Assembly (NCBI GenBank): GCA_043228905.1
Contig: JBHGNT010000015.1
Coordinates: 15,004,001-15,068,000, forward strand
DNA length: 64,000 nt
Origin: Azolla caroliniana
Lineage: Eukaryota > Plantae > Polypodiophyta
Reading direction: 5' to 3'
Below are positions 39,301-52,200 of this stretch, in pieces (the stretch's first letter is position 1; every line of letters starts with the position of its first letter). The position numbers and the translations under genes were made by a program. Under the pieces are notes generated by a model. It was not told the origin of the DNA. It searched no databases and saw nothing but the letters and a program-made list of their open reading frames with translations.

Positions 39301-42178
39301 CCCTTTCTTGGATATTATTCAACTCTTGGCGGAGTTGAAGCTTCCTCGCGGTCATGTTGGCGGCGAAAATCTTTCGTAGATTCTCCCACGCTTCCTTTGG
39401 CGTCTTGGCTTCTCGAATGTACCCGAGCATGTGGTCATGAACACATGTCGCCAAACAATACATCACTCGGCTTGCCACTTGCTCCCACGTTGCATAGTCG
39501 GCGTCTTCCGGGTTGGGCTGATTTTCTTGTGCTCCTTTGATGTAGCTCCAATAGCCTTGGCCGATAAGGTATTGGTGCATCTTGTAATCCCAAGATGCAA
39601 AGTTGTTGCGGTCCAACTTCTCATTAGGGAGAGCGCTCCCCTTTTGAGTATTCATTGTCGATGTAGATTTCTTCCTTCTTTTCTTTTCCTTCTCTCTGAA
39701 ACACGAGCTATATAATCACAGTACGATAGCGATGAACCGGTTCTTCTTGAACATTGGCGTAGAGCACAACACACGATCATGATGAGGTGAGTGGGCTAGA
39801 TCGAGCTACCAAATCGTTCTGATACCATGTAGAGAATCGGATATGATTCTTGTGAAGCGGAAGATATGTGAGTTATGTGTGTATGTGTGAGAGGAGAGTG
39901 GAGAGGAGAGAAACACAACATAGATAAGAGACAGTATGAAGTACTTAAGAAGAAGAAGGAGATGTATATTAACAAGTAGAATATGAGATACAAAAATAGT
40001 GTTACAAGGAGTCACAACCGACTTAATATGGAGTAGGAGGAGGGTGCTTTATATAGAGTCACGCTCTCTCTTCATTTACTCACTACAATGTTCACTCTCT
40101 CACTAGAGCCTTGAGGAATGTGAAGTCTTACGGTCATGGGGAATGTGGAACCATTAGTTATGTGTCATAGAATATGAATCTATGACACATAGTCTAATGT
40201 GTAGAGAGTGGTGATGTGACTCTTGACCTTTGAGTAATCATAGATTCTCAAAAGGTATGTTCACACGTTGCTCTATGTTGAGCTTGATTCTCAACACGAA
40301 TTCCTTCGCACATGTTCTAGAGACTTGGGCAGTTGTGGTTCAAAGCCAACGTGAGACCCAAGATACAGAAGATGATGGCGGGGAAGCGGCGGTCCAAGCT
40401 GTTGCAAATAACGATGTTCGGGAGTGGCCAACAAATACATATGGATCTCTCCACAGTCGTTTTGGAGACTTGGGCATTAACCGATGTAAGACCCGAGAGA
40501 AGGACAGTGAAGACGAAGAAGCAAGGGTTTAAGTTGATGTGTGGGAGGAAGAGGTCAAGAAAAGCATAGAGACAAAAGCCGATGCATACAACAAAGAGTC
40601 TGAGCAAAGAATGACAAGGGATGACGATGACCAAGCAAGCCATCGGGATCCGAAGAATGTGATCAAAACATCTAGGAAAGACGCTAGTGTGAAGATTGTC
40701 AACTCTAACATGAGATTGTATCATGAAACTGGACAAAGTGAGAAATATAGAGCATGGTCGCGTAAGGATCTCAAAGTGGGCATGCACTTGAAGATACTAC
40801 ATGGGGTAGTCAATGTCATTATTCAGATAAAGGCTTGGGGAGAAGGACATAAAACAAAAATTTGCGATGGGTCGAAGTGCATTGAGCTAGGAGACGATCA
40901 GGACAAAAGTGGAACATGCATAAAGCCTAAACAATTATATTTGGAAAGAGAACAAGGGGTCGTGACAACTAGTCATGGTAAAGCAAAGAAAAAGCGAATG
41001 ATATGGTGGATTGGGTGGCGACAATGGTTCAAGTGAAAGAAATGAACATGCTCAAAATGGAGGAATCGTACTGATCACCATAGCCGAAATCTCACACTCT
41101 TTCTTCTTGGCATGTACCAGTGGACGTGTAGTTTGGTGGGGGTGGATGTTGTAAAGATTTTTGCCAACGGTGTGAAAATTGAATGGAATGTACAAAATCG
41201 AGTGTGGTTCTTCACACACAATATAAAAAAATAATAGTGAAGAAACTATTTTATACTAGTTAATATCTTGGTACAAAAAGATAGAGGTCCTCAAGAGCTT
41301 CCGAATGTACTTTACTACATTTGAAACGGACAACTAAATGGCAAGTTATGTGAATGTAAAGTTTGAGAAGAAGAAGAGAAAAACAAAATTGTGAGATATC
41401 CCACATAGATAGGACAACATCGGGATTCAAGGTTATATAAGTAGAGCCATATATCTTATATTTCATGTATGTGCTAAGATCACAAAAGGGTTAGGTTGTA
41501 TAACTTAGATGAATGAATGCGGCCAAGTTATTCAAATAGTGTTGTGGACGGAGCCATTGAGACGACAATGGACAGGATAGACGGATCGGTTAGTTGATCG
41601 CGGTGCATGGTGTTTTGAAGATTTTCGGTGTAAATACAAGACCAAAAGCCTAGTATTATTTTGTGTTTTAATAAGGGATGTGAGCAAGGCTTTGAACCTT
41701 GCACCTCCAAGATAGGAGATAATGAACTTACCACTAAGCCAAGTCATGTGTTTAGAAATATTTTTACTATCATTATAGTTTCACATGTAAATTCTCATAC
41801 ATGAGAGCTTGAATGAGTGACATGGTTATCATGTAATACATGAGCGCCAAATGGAAAAGATGCATCTCATGCATGTCTTGCACCCTCACAAGCATCATAT
41901 GTCTGGGGGCATCTATTAAACAGTGGATGGAGAGGAAAAACGGGCTATGTATTAATCAGGAAATTAAGAGGAAGAAAATTCGTTATCCCATTTTTGTGAT
42001 GTATTAATCTTTTCTCTCAAATCTAAAGTCAAGCGTTCTATCTTATCTCAATCTCTCTCTCTTTAAATCTATCTTAAATACTTTCTCGCTAAAGCTAGTG
42101 CAAACTTCAAATCCTTCCAGTCCAGAACCCTGGCGGTTCCGCCTCACGATCCACACGTAGTGACGGATCTTCATGACA
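33324..42178 (+). mobile_element. Gag-only family copy D3 (gag remnant from about 33401, split by Copia-C; PPT 41131-41146; 3' LTR 41147-42178)
   Basis: LGTLLEDDTQANGLVADW gag motif, ETWAV..QRETQE repeats, PPT GTTTGGTGGGGGTGGA and LTR TGTTG..CATGACA. Confidence 0.8.
34909..40296 (-). mobile_element. Copia-C: full-length degenerate Copia related to Copia-A (469-bp LTRs 34909-35377 and 39828-40296; gag-pol about 35510-39655)
   Basis: TSD CGAAT; PBS TGGTATCAGAAC at 39816-39827; PPT GAGGGGACA; gag EKLDRNNFASWDYKMHQYL, VIHSDVWGP and ILYVDDL. Confidence 0.95.
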
Positions 42179-43200
42179 ACGTGGTTGGGAGTCGGATAAC
42201 GTACAAGATTCGATGCATTGGGCAATGAGGATGGCGTCGTTGAATGTCTTGGGACCCTAGTCCCAAGCGCAACGAGTGATGTCATTGCACAAATGGGGCC
42301 ATAAGAAGAAAAGCTTCACATGCTCGGGCATGGTAGGGTTGGTGCGAACGAGGAGTTGATTGAGATGAACGTCAAACACCAAATTGGCCCATGGGTTCGT
42401 GTGCTTGATTTGCAATGTTTCAAGTTGTTGCAACGCCATTTGGGCTGAATTTTGATGGGCGAAGTTTTGCACGAGGAGATCCCAAAGGATCACCCAGTTC
42501 TTTGTCACTTCGCTTGATTGTTGTATGTACCAAGTGGCAGCAACATTTTCGAGCAGGGTACAAACTTCCAAAGCTTTGCGCTCGTTAGAACATCGATGGT
42601 AACTGGAGATAATCTCAAAGTGATCCAACCAGGCTAAGACATCCTCAGAAGGCAAGCCGGAGAAGGACTTCGGGCCGACCTTGGAATCGGGCCGATCTTG
42701 AACACGATCGTTGTTAGCAGAGAGGAAGGAGAGAATTGCTTGATTCATGTGGCTGATTTGAAGCATGGAGTTGGAGAGGACTTGTAGGAGGTGCTCTATT
42801 TGGAAAGGGAGTGGGCATTCATAAGGTTGCGGGAAGTCAGGCTGCATAGGGGTATCGGCTTCAGAGGTGACAAGAGGGAATTGGGATGTCATGAACGAGG
42901 TGGTAGTGGCTAAAATTTTAGTTTGCTTCTCCACCAATTATGCGAAATGCACATAAAAGGAATCTAAACCAGCTTGCTTAACTTCTTACTTATCGTTCAA
43001 TTTATAGAAGGTACAAAGGTACCCATTTTGGGTTGGCCTAACTACATTCGTGGTAAAAGGGTGTGCTAAAAGAGTGGTGTGTTAAAATGCATGCACTTGC
43101 ATGAAAGGGACACCACAATATTAACAAGGAGTAAGAAAAATACACTAGTAAGTTAGAAACCAACCAAATACAAAGGAAGGAAGGAGGTGCTTCTTGGTCA
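42179..43200 (-). mobile_element. Ty3/Gypsy 5' fragment: gag (42257-42937), tRNA-Ala-like PBS and LTR remnant from about 42939
   Basis: PKSFSGLPSEDVLAWLDHFE..LLENVAATWY is a retrotransposon gag motif; TGGTGGAGAAGC lies next to the LTR edge. The right boundary is approximate. Confidence 0.7.
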
Positions 43201-43721
43201 CTATTTGATACAGAAATATTAAATAATTAGAGCCTGTGAATCTAGGGCTTGGACGGCCCTAAATTCGTCTTGGGAATCCTAGACGATCAGGGCCATCCAC
43301 TATTGTTTATCTAAAGGAAAAGGAAAAGGAAAAAGAAAGAAAATAAAAATAAATAAATAAATAATAGGAGAGCTCTTTTGGGGGGGGATTTTTTAATGTG
43401 CCTCCTCTTTGTCCTTGTGTTTCTCTGTGTGCTCCATCTCTGTCTCTATGTGATCCCTCTTTGTCCTTGTGTTTCTCTGTGTGCTCCATCTCTGTCTCTA
43501 TGTGATCCCTCTTTGTCCTTGCGTTTCTCTTTTTTTTCTCGTAAGTACCTTACCCTAGTGGTAAGTTGTTAACTATACAAGCACTGCATCTTAGGTTCGA
43601 AACCCAATCTCCTCACCTCTTTATTATATACTTATATACTCTTAATTCACTAAACACCACTGTGGAATGTAGGGGTTGAACCCATGACCGCCTGGTCTCC
43701 ATTGGGCAACCTTACCAACTA

Positions 43722-43759
<38 letters not shown>

Positions 43760-43834
43760 AGTAGATTCAACCTACGTCTCTCTCTCTCTCAGTAGATTCA
43801 ACCTACGTCTCAAGTGAGCTTTTAAAATGGACAA

Positions 43835-45565
43835 TGCCACACACTCGTCATTGGATAATGACAATTTTAGAGCAAGCTATAAAACAAGGATTTCCAAATG
43901 ATTGACCTATGAATTGGATTAAACCAATATTTAAAGTTGGTGATAAGAATCAAGTATCAAATTATCGTACAATAATGGTGAGCTCAACTATTGCTAAATT
44001 ATATAGCACTATTATGGAGCAAAAGATAAGCACATGGGCTGAGAGTACAAGCAAAAGAGCACTTGGGCAAGCCGAATTTAGACCAAAACACTCCACCATG
44101 GATCATTTGGTCACATTAAGAGTAATCATGGAAGAGAGTCGACTACAAGGAAAAACACTTTATTGTTGTTTTGTTGACTTCAAGAAAGCTTTTGATATTG
44201 TATCACGAAGTGAGCTTTGGAATAGAATGGTAGACATTGACATGCCATTAGCGTACCGAGTTGCGGTTGCACGCCTATATGAACAAGTTAAATGCCAACT
44301 AAAAATGGATAGTGGATTCTCAAAGCACTTCTTAAGTAACATGGGGGTCAAGGAAGGATGTCCACTATCACCCACACTCTTTGGCTTATGTATTGATGAA
44401 TTAGAAGAAGTGGTAAATAAGGTTGCAAGAGAAGAAGGATTAAATGGCCCCAATTTGATGCAACATGTTATCTTATTGCTTCTATATGCAGATGATGTGG
44501 CCAGTTGGAAATCATATTACCTTTTGGAGAACCAATGCAACCAAAGTGACACTTGTGGATGGGAAGTAAAACTAATGTTTTTCAATGCCATGGTAACTTA
44601 AGTATTGCTTTATGGAGTAGAAGTATGGGGTGGCACCATCTCTCTTAATGCATGGAACGAGATTGATAAAATTCAAAAGATGTTTTTAAGGAGGCAATTA
44701 GGAGTTAAATGCACTGCCTCTTACCAAGTTATGCTCTTGGAAATGGGTGTTCGGCCCATAGAACTATTGGCACTCCAAAGATTATATAAATACATTACAA
44801 AATTCAAGAATATGCCAAATCATCGATTACCACATCTTGCTTGGATGTTGGATGTAAGCTACAAAAGAATCATAAAAGTAAGATTCTCTCATCTAGTAGG
44901 GTTGTTGACATAAGGAAATGGTTTAGAAGATGGGGTGTGGATGATCTTTTAGAGCTTTCGGGCAATGCTATGTAGTATGTAATGATTGAGGAAAGGTTGG
45001 TAGAATCATTAAGGATAAAGTGGGAGGATGCTAAGAGGACAAAGCTAGAATACTACATTGCAAATGTCAACCCTAAATGTTGGTCTCAATATAAAGCAAG
45101 AGTGTCTATTGATCGTATCCAACCTTATCTCATTACCAATATGAGTAGTAATGATCGTAGAGCCCTTACACTGCTTCACACTCGATCTCACAAGTTAGGT
45201 ATTGAAGTTGCATCATGGTATCAAAATGTAACGAATTTGAAGACATGTAAAGTATGCAATGAAGGCATGGTAGAGGATGAATGTCACTTGCTCTTCACAT
45301 GCTCGACATATAGTGCAATTCGTTCCAAATATGTTGACATACTAAGAGGGAGTGATAACTTAAGTGCCATACTTAAGACACCACCTAGAAGGTTGAGCTC
45401 ATATGTGTATGTTTTACTAACACATAGAGACTTGGTGCTTCAACGTATGAATACCCCTTCTTAGGAAGGAGACATATATAAAGAACACATGTATACTCTG
45501 GTCCCATAGGTCAAAATTGGCCTCTTTATGGACGATAAAAATTCTAATTCTAAATTCTAATTCTC
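43835..45565 (+). mobile_element. 5'-truncated, internally deleted non-LTR retrotransposon (RTE-X/L2-group-like RT)
   Basis: PIFKVGD..SNYRTI, FVDFKKAFD, GVKEGCPLSPTLF, LLYADD, C-terminal HKLGIE..CKVC..VEDECHLLFTC and an (ATTCTA)n tail at 45541-45565. Confidence 0.88.
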
Positions 45566-45979
45566 TCTCTGCATACTTCCACTACGGGCTTCAGCCTTCC
45601 TCTACGTGCTTCTTCGGCCTCCAATTTCAACCTTTCGGTGGAACAACAGGTAGAGCTCATGAACGGCGGGTAAGAAAGTAAGTACTTTTCTGTTATTCTT
45701 TCCATTTTGTTCATGTTTGGGGTGTTTTGAATGTCGAAGTGGCAAGGAACATTAGAGATTGAAATATAAGAATTAATGTCATATTCATGAGCTAATGATT
45801 TCAAAAAGGCACGACGCATGTTTTTAGTAGTACATGATAGTAGAATGAAATTTCATGGGTAACATCAAACTAAAGAATAGACTATAATGTTAATCCAAAT
45901 TGATGTAAGTTTTATATTATATACCTGTGTTAGAAAACAAATCTAAAACCCATTGAAAATTTGAAAAAATAACAAATCT

Positions 45980-47880
45980 TGGATTTTCAACTAGAATCCA
46001 ATGCGATGCACTAGATTTCAGTTGAAAATCCAAGATTTTTTTTTATTTTGTAATTTTTAAAATTTTTTCCATCAAAGAATAAAAAATGGATTTTAGCTAA
46101 AATACTCTGCACTACATTATATTTCAGTCTATATAGCTAGAATCTAATGCAATGCGTTGGATTAAAGTCAAAACTTCTTTTTTCTTTTTTCTTTTTTCAA
46201 TGTTATTTATTTATAGTTATTTCCATATAAAATAGTAATAAATCGCTTTTCAATTGAAATCCGATGCACTGCATCAAATTGTAGTCTATACAGCTAGACA
46301 TCGACGTAGTGCATCATATTTCAGTTGGCAATCCTTTTTCTTTTCAATTGGTTTTCATTTTTTTGAAAAATAAATAAAAATATATTAAAGAAGTGGATTT
46401 CCAACTGAAATATGATGCACTACATCGAATTTCAAATAAAAATCCAAATTTCTTTTCGTTTAAACCCTAAACAATGCAATAATAAAACAATATTGCATTT
46501 TCAACGAAAATCTGATCCATTTAGTCAGATTTCAATTGAAAATCAATGATAAAAGAAAAATATTGCACTTTCAATGGAAATCCGATGCAGTGCCTCGGAT
46601 GTCCGTTGAAAATCCCCTTGAAAATGATGAACTTTCAACAGAAATCTGATGCACTGTATTGGATTCCTATTGAAAATACATCATTTTAAATGGAAAAAAT
46701 CTCAATTTTTTTATTTTTAACAATTTCTTAGGGAAAAATATAAAAAAATAAGAAAAATAGAAAAAAATAAGAAAAAGTGGATTTTCAACTAAAATCTAAT
46801 GCATTGCATCGGATTTTCGTTGAAAATCCATTTTTCAATTTTCAAAAAAATGGAGTTTATGGAAAAAATTCAAAAAATATGCAAATTTGGTAACAAATAA
46901 GAAAAAGTGGACTTTCAACCAAAATCCGATGCAGTGCATCGGATTTCTATAGAAACCCCATTTTTTCAATTTTTATTTATTAATTTATGGGAAACAAAAA
47001 ATTACAAAAAATATGAAAATTTGAAAACAAATACGAAAAAGTGGATTTTCAACCAAAATCGGATGTAGTGCATCAGATTTCCATTGAAAATCCATTTTTT
47101 CTATTTTTTTTTTCTTTATGGGGAAAAATATAAAACAAATACAAAAAATATGAAAATTTGAAAATAAATAAGAAAAAGTGGACTTTCAGCCAAAATCCGA
47201 TGTAGTGCATCGGATTTCCATTGAAAATCCATTTTTCCAATTTTTATTTATTTTTTTATGGCAAAAATATAAACAATTACAAAAACAATTACAAAAAATA
47301 TGAAAATTTGAAAAAAAATACGAAAAAGTGGACTTTCAACCAAAATCCGATGCAGTGCAACGTATTTCTGTTGAAAAACCATTTCTTCATTTTTTTTTTT
47401 ATGGGAAAAATATAAAAAAATACAAACAAAATTTGAAAATATGAAAATTTGGTAACAAATAGCAAAAGGTGGACTTTCAATGGAAATCTGATGCACTGAA
47501 TCAGATCTCCATTGAAATCTATTTTTCCAATTTTAATTTATTTATTTATGGGAAAAATGAAAATTTTCAAAACAATTACAAAAAATAAGAAAAATTGGAA
47601 ACAAATTAGAAAAAGTGAACTTTCAACTGAAATCTAATGCAGTGAATTGGATTTCCATTGAAAATCCATTAGTAAAAAAATTTCACTTTTAAAGATATTT
47701 TGAAAGTGGATTTTCAATTGAAATCCAATGCAATGTATCGTATTTTAGACTATGTAACTAGAATTCAATGCAATGCATTATGTGTTAGTTGAAAATGCAA
47801 GAGTATTTTTTTAATGGAAAATTTTTAAATAATTCCAAGACTTACAATAGGAATCTGATGCACTACATCCAATTTTGGAT
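45980..47880. repeat. Array of about 19 palindromic 50-55 bp units separated by A/T-rich spacers
   Basis: Consensus TGGA(C/T)TTTCAA-nnn-AAATCCGATGCAGTGCATCGGATTT-nnn-TTGAAAATCCA; period about 130-150 bp between 46778 and 47668. Confidence 0.9.
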
Positions 47881-48189
47881 GTATAGAGTAAAATTCGACA
47901 TGGTGGATCAAATCTAGATGGAATGAATTGGATTTTTGTATGACATCAAAGGCTTAGTATGAGAATCTAAGAAAAACGAAAAACATCTTTACGGCATTTT
48001 TTAGATTCTAATGATTTTGGTAGAAAGATTCTCTCACATAATCAAATATTGTAAATAGAAAGTAGATAATTAAATATCATAACCAAAAAGTGAGGAAGAA
48101 AGATGCATCAAGGACATTTACTCTTACATTGGATAATGTTTATATACTAGTGTATGACTTATCTTTGACGTAAACAAGTTATCTGCGAC

Positions 48190-49267
48190 AGACCACAATG
48201 AAGATGCTAAAAGAGGATGTGGAATGTGGCTTCAGACACAACACAAAGACAAACAAGAAGCATGACTCATAACCTCGATAAGGCTGGATTGCAATTGGAT
48301 GAAGACAATGCTTTAGTTGCCATTGATGATGAGGATGAGACCTCATAAACTCTTACTAGTTCATCTAATGGGTATGAAGATGATGGCATAAACTTGGAAA
48401 ACAATTGTCCTGATACGTTAACTGTAAATATTGTATTGTACATCAAGATTCATGAATTTCTATAAATATTGGTGTTAGTCATTTTCGACATTCATTTGTA
48501 AGTTTGGCATGTCCATTATTTAGGCATTTGTTTGAACACCTAAATTTTCGTACATGCTAAAAATCAATATATTTTTGGGCCATTTTTAAAAATCCTTTAC
48601 ACATGCAGCACCCCTTTTTGTGAATCGCCGTAATTTGTGTCATTTTTTGATGGACAGTTCTCAAAATGAGACATATTACCTGTTTCAAATGTCCCAGTGT
48701 CAAGTGATTCAGCCAGTGACAAGAAGTCATTGGATAATGAGAACCTCATTATGATGAATGAAAATCTTAAAAATTATCCTGATGCTAGATTATTTGTGCC
48801 TAAGAGTTATTTTAGTTTTAATAAGGCTTGTTATGTTTTAATGGTCGATGATATATCAAGAGTTCGTAAAATTACACTTGACTTGTTGAGGGATGCCAAA
48901 GACGGTGTATAGTGGATCTTAGATTATGGAAATCTATGAAACAACGAATATTGTTAATGGGAGATTGAGAGATATATTTAAAGGATTCTCCTAATTGGAG
49001 GATACCCTATATCGAACAATGGGGAGATATAGTGACATATGCTCATGTTAAAACTAGCCATCTAGGGCTAAACGATACATTAGATGAAATTAAGAAAGGT
49101 TGTTCGATGGATACCCGATATCATGGGCTATCAAAGGTGTCTATGAAAGCATGCATTGATGCTTGTGGATGTCGAAAGGTACAAAAAACAACACCTTTAG
49201 ACATCCAACATCATACTAGTAGCGCCCCAAATGAAGAGTTTAAGGTAGAAGAATCCATGTTGAGGGT
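48190..49267 (+). pseudogene. Decayed spliced TE-like gene with an integrase-type HHCC zinc motif
   Basis: Acidic exon at about 48190-48420, then YAHVKTSHLGLNDTLDEIKKG..ACIDACGC; contains stops and is interrupted by the Gypsy at 49268. Confidence 0.5.
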
Positions 49268-52200
49268 TGTTACGGGCATGACCATATAATATCCCGTGGT
49301 GAGAATTTACCGTAGTATTCTAGCCACATGGATAAGTGTGAGGGTTAAACAAGAGTGTAAAGAAGGGGAGGATTACTTTTAATCCTTGGGATTGAGACAA
49401 CCCATTAGGCCAAGTGTGAACTTGCCTGGGGGCCTTGGGTATCGCTATAAATAAGAGGCCTAGCTACCCTCATTTCATCATCTTTTGACTACGTTGAGGC
49501 TCTGTTTCGTGGTGGTTCAACTGTAGTGGCGAGCGTGCCAGCACTAGGTACAACTCAACGCCACGGCGGTGGTATGGGTCGCCGATCGAGGCTCGAGTCC
49601 GTCTCAATCCCTTTGCTCGGGGGTGGTCGGGTGGATCGGCACCCTTCTTTCTCTCTCTCCTTTCTATCTATCTATCTATCATTCTTTTATCCTTATCATA
49701 TGTTTACATTAGGGCATATCTCTAATAGTTGGTATCAGAGCTCATTTTCTAATGTTTCTTTTGTTGTCTTTTGTCTTCTTGATTGATGGCGATCGATCGA
49801 TGTGCGGTCGGCCTTAATCCAGACAACGATCAACAAAGGAACTTCGGTAATCTTTCTTGTTTTTATTTTATTTTTTCTTCTCCCTTCTAATCATGTATAT
49901 GGTCATATGTAATTTTTTTCCCATTAATTCAATGATGTTGTGGTGTTAATTAATTGGTTATATAAAATGTTTACATACCTCATTTACGAGGTCAATACCT
50001 CATTTGACATATATTTAATATGTGGTTAGTGTCGTATGCATACACGGTTAATACCTCAATTACGTATTACGTTCACAAACATATGTTACGTTTGCGTATG
50101 ATGTCATTACCTTGATTTGTATGTAAATGATATGTGTTTGGTGTCATATGCGTATGAGGACAATACCTCAATTGTGTATTACGATTAACCCTTATTTTTA
50201 GATGTTTCGTGTGCATAGAGGGTATATGCCTCGATTAGTATCTAAATTACATCATTTTTGGCTATTTTATATTACGATTTCTTTTATATATGCACATGTG
50301 GTCATGTGTATATGTATTTGATCGTATATATGTGATAATATACATGTGTATATAAGTTATTACGTGATTTCAATATCGAATGTTTTCCTTTTCGGGGAAA
50401 GGATCTTGGTGGTCGTCCTCACATTTTTGTGAGAATGGCGTTGTCACCATCCCTTTTTCAACAAATTTTTATTGTTGACATCCCCATTGGTGACTTCGAT
50501 TTCGTTACGTAATGAAACAATATTAGCCACAATGGTGTTGAGAACGTAGGGCTTGACCCACTTGATGTGAAGTCACTCTTATGACACAGATATCCAACAT
50601 CCCTCCCTCATTACATGGATATAGTGCCACCATGAGATCATTCTTACGAAAGGCATTCGTAATGACATAACCATGTGATGGGCCACATGAGCCTACTACG
50701 AAAAGAGGGCTCATTTGGCTTGACCATTAGGTTGCACTTTGGCGTATGCCATCGTAATTACGAGACTTGAGGTTAGGTAACGTACCAATAAAGTTTGTGG
50801 TAAATGAGGGGGAAATAAGGACTCTTGACATATATGTTTCTTTTAAAAAAATATATATGGGCAAATGCCTCGCATATCTCTTATACGCATTAAATATTAA
50901 ACATTCAAGAAGAGCAACCTACTTGGTTGGCTCAAGTGTTTAATGCATTTGTTCTCGAGGTCTCAAGTTCAAATATGAGCAAGACCATACAACATTGTTG
51001 ATACATATGACTATAAGACATGTTTAGACTTGAGGTCTAAGTGCACTTCGGGGTCCTCGTAATAGGACATAAAGAGCCGAAACCACATATGTGGGCACCA
51101 AAACATAGTTTATTGTTAACATTTTTTCCGTGTATAAACTATTCATGACACGTACATACATGGTTGAGCCTCGGGGAGCTACCATGAAAAAATTGATATA
51201 GAGATCAGGGAAAGACATTAATTTGTCACCCCCATGGTTTTTAAAATACCTTTGTGTTACCATAGTAACCTAATCTTCAACCTCATCTCATATGTCTAGA
51301 GGGGTATTGACGTGAGATCATGATATCGATTAATGTTTGCCCATGATATGTTTACATCACGACATGATTTTATGACTATTTGTCTGACCTTATCCTATTT
51401 CTTTGCCAGAAATAATCATTTAATGGCTCAAAATAATGACCCGATGTCATCTGCTCAACTGGAAGGAACTCAAGGAAATCCTTCTGGACAAATGTCCATT
51501 GAGATGTATTTTTCACAAATAAGCCAATACCTTAGTTTCACCGCTCAACAAATGACCGAACTTTGGCAATCTCAAAGTGCTCTCGAGGCACGTGTCATTA
51601 GTTTATAACGTGAGACTAATAGACCTGATGAGCGACAGGGTGAACCATCATTTGTCGTTAAGCCATTTATGGGAGAAAAAAAGGAAAAAACCAAAGAAGC
51701 AATTTGCATGTGGCTGGGCCGATGGGAGTCTCATTTTGAGCTCTAACCTGAGGTAATGACGAGACTTGAGGTTAGGTAATGACTTGAGAACTAGGGGGTA
51801 AGGCCGCCGCCTAATGGCGTGGGCTCCGAACTTTGGGGAAATTGCCCGATACCTAGACAGAATTTGTCATAGTTTTTAATGGCCAATTTCTGCAACCTCC
51901 CTCTTGAACCGAGGCAGCACAAAATTTAATGAACCTCTCTAGCAGGAAGTTTTCCTCGCTAGAAGACCATGTCCACCATGCTAGAACCCAAATCCAAAAA
52001 TCGGGTCTAGAAGGGGACAACTGGTTAATAGCTTGTTTTGTCAATGGCATCCCCAATTTGGACTATCACTGGATGGTGCACGATAAGGATCCAAAATCCT
52101 TCGAAGAGGTCGTTGAAATAGTTCTTCGCTATCAACACACTTCGAAGAAGGACCACAACAAACCCAACGAAGCGCCCGGGACTAAGCAGTCGCAATTCGC

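Noticed and set aside
29116-42178. D1 5' LTR and D3 3' LTR as the ends of one element
   Set aside because: The LTR middles differ strongly, there are two separate gag starts, and no TSD matches; more likely two elements joined by deletion.
43404-43530. 52-bp unit repeated about 2.5 times
   Set aside because: A simple CT-rich local duplication with no further structure.
43553-43720. A/B-box-like motifs (TAGTGGTAAG..GGTTCGAAACCC), also near 50928-50975
   Set aside because: No cloverleaf, tail or TSD; too decayed to call a tRNA or SINE.
45980-47880. CRISPR-like repeat-spacer appearance
   Set aside because: Repeats are degenerate, spacers are low-complexity and resemble each other, there are no cas genes, and the context is eukaryotic.
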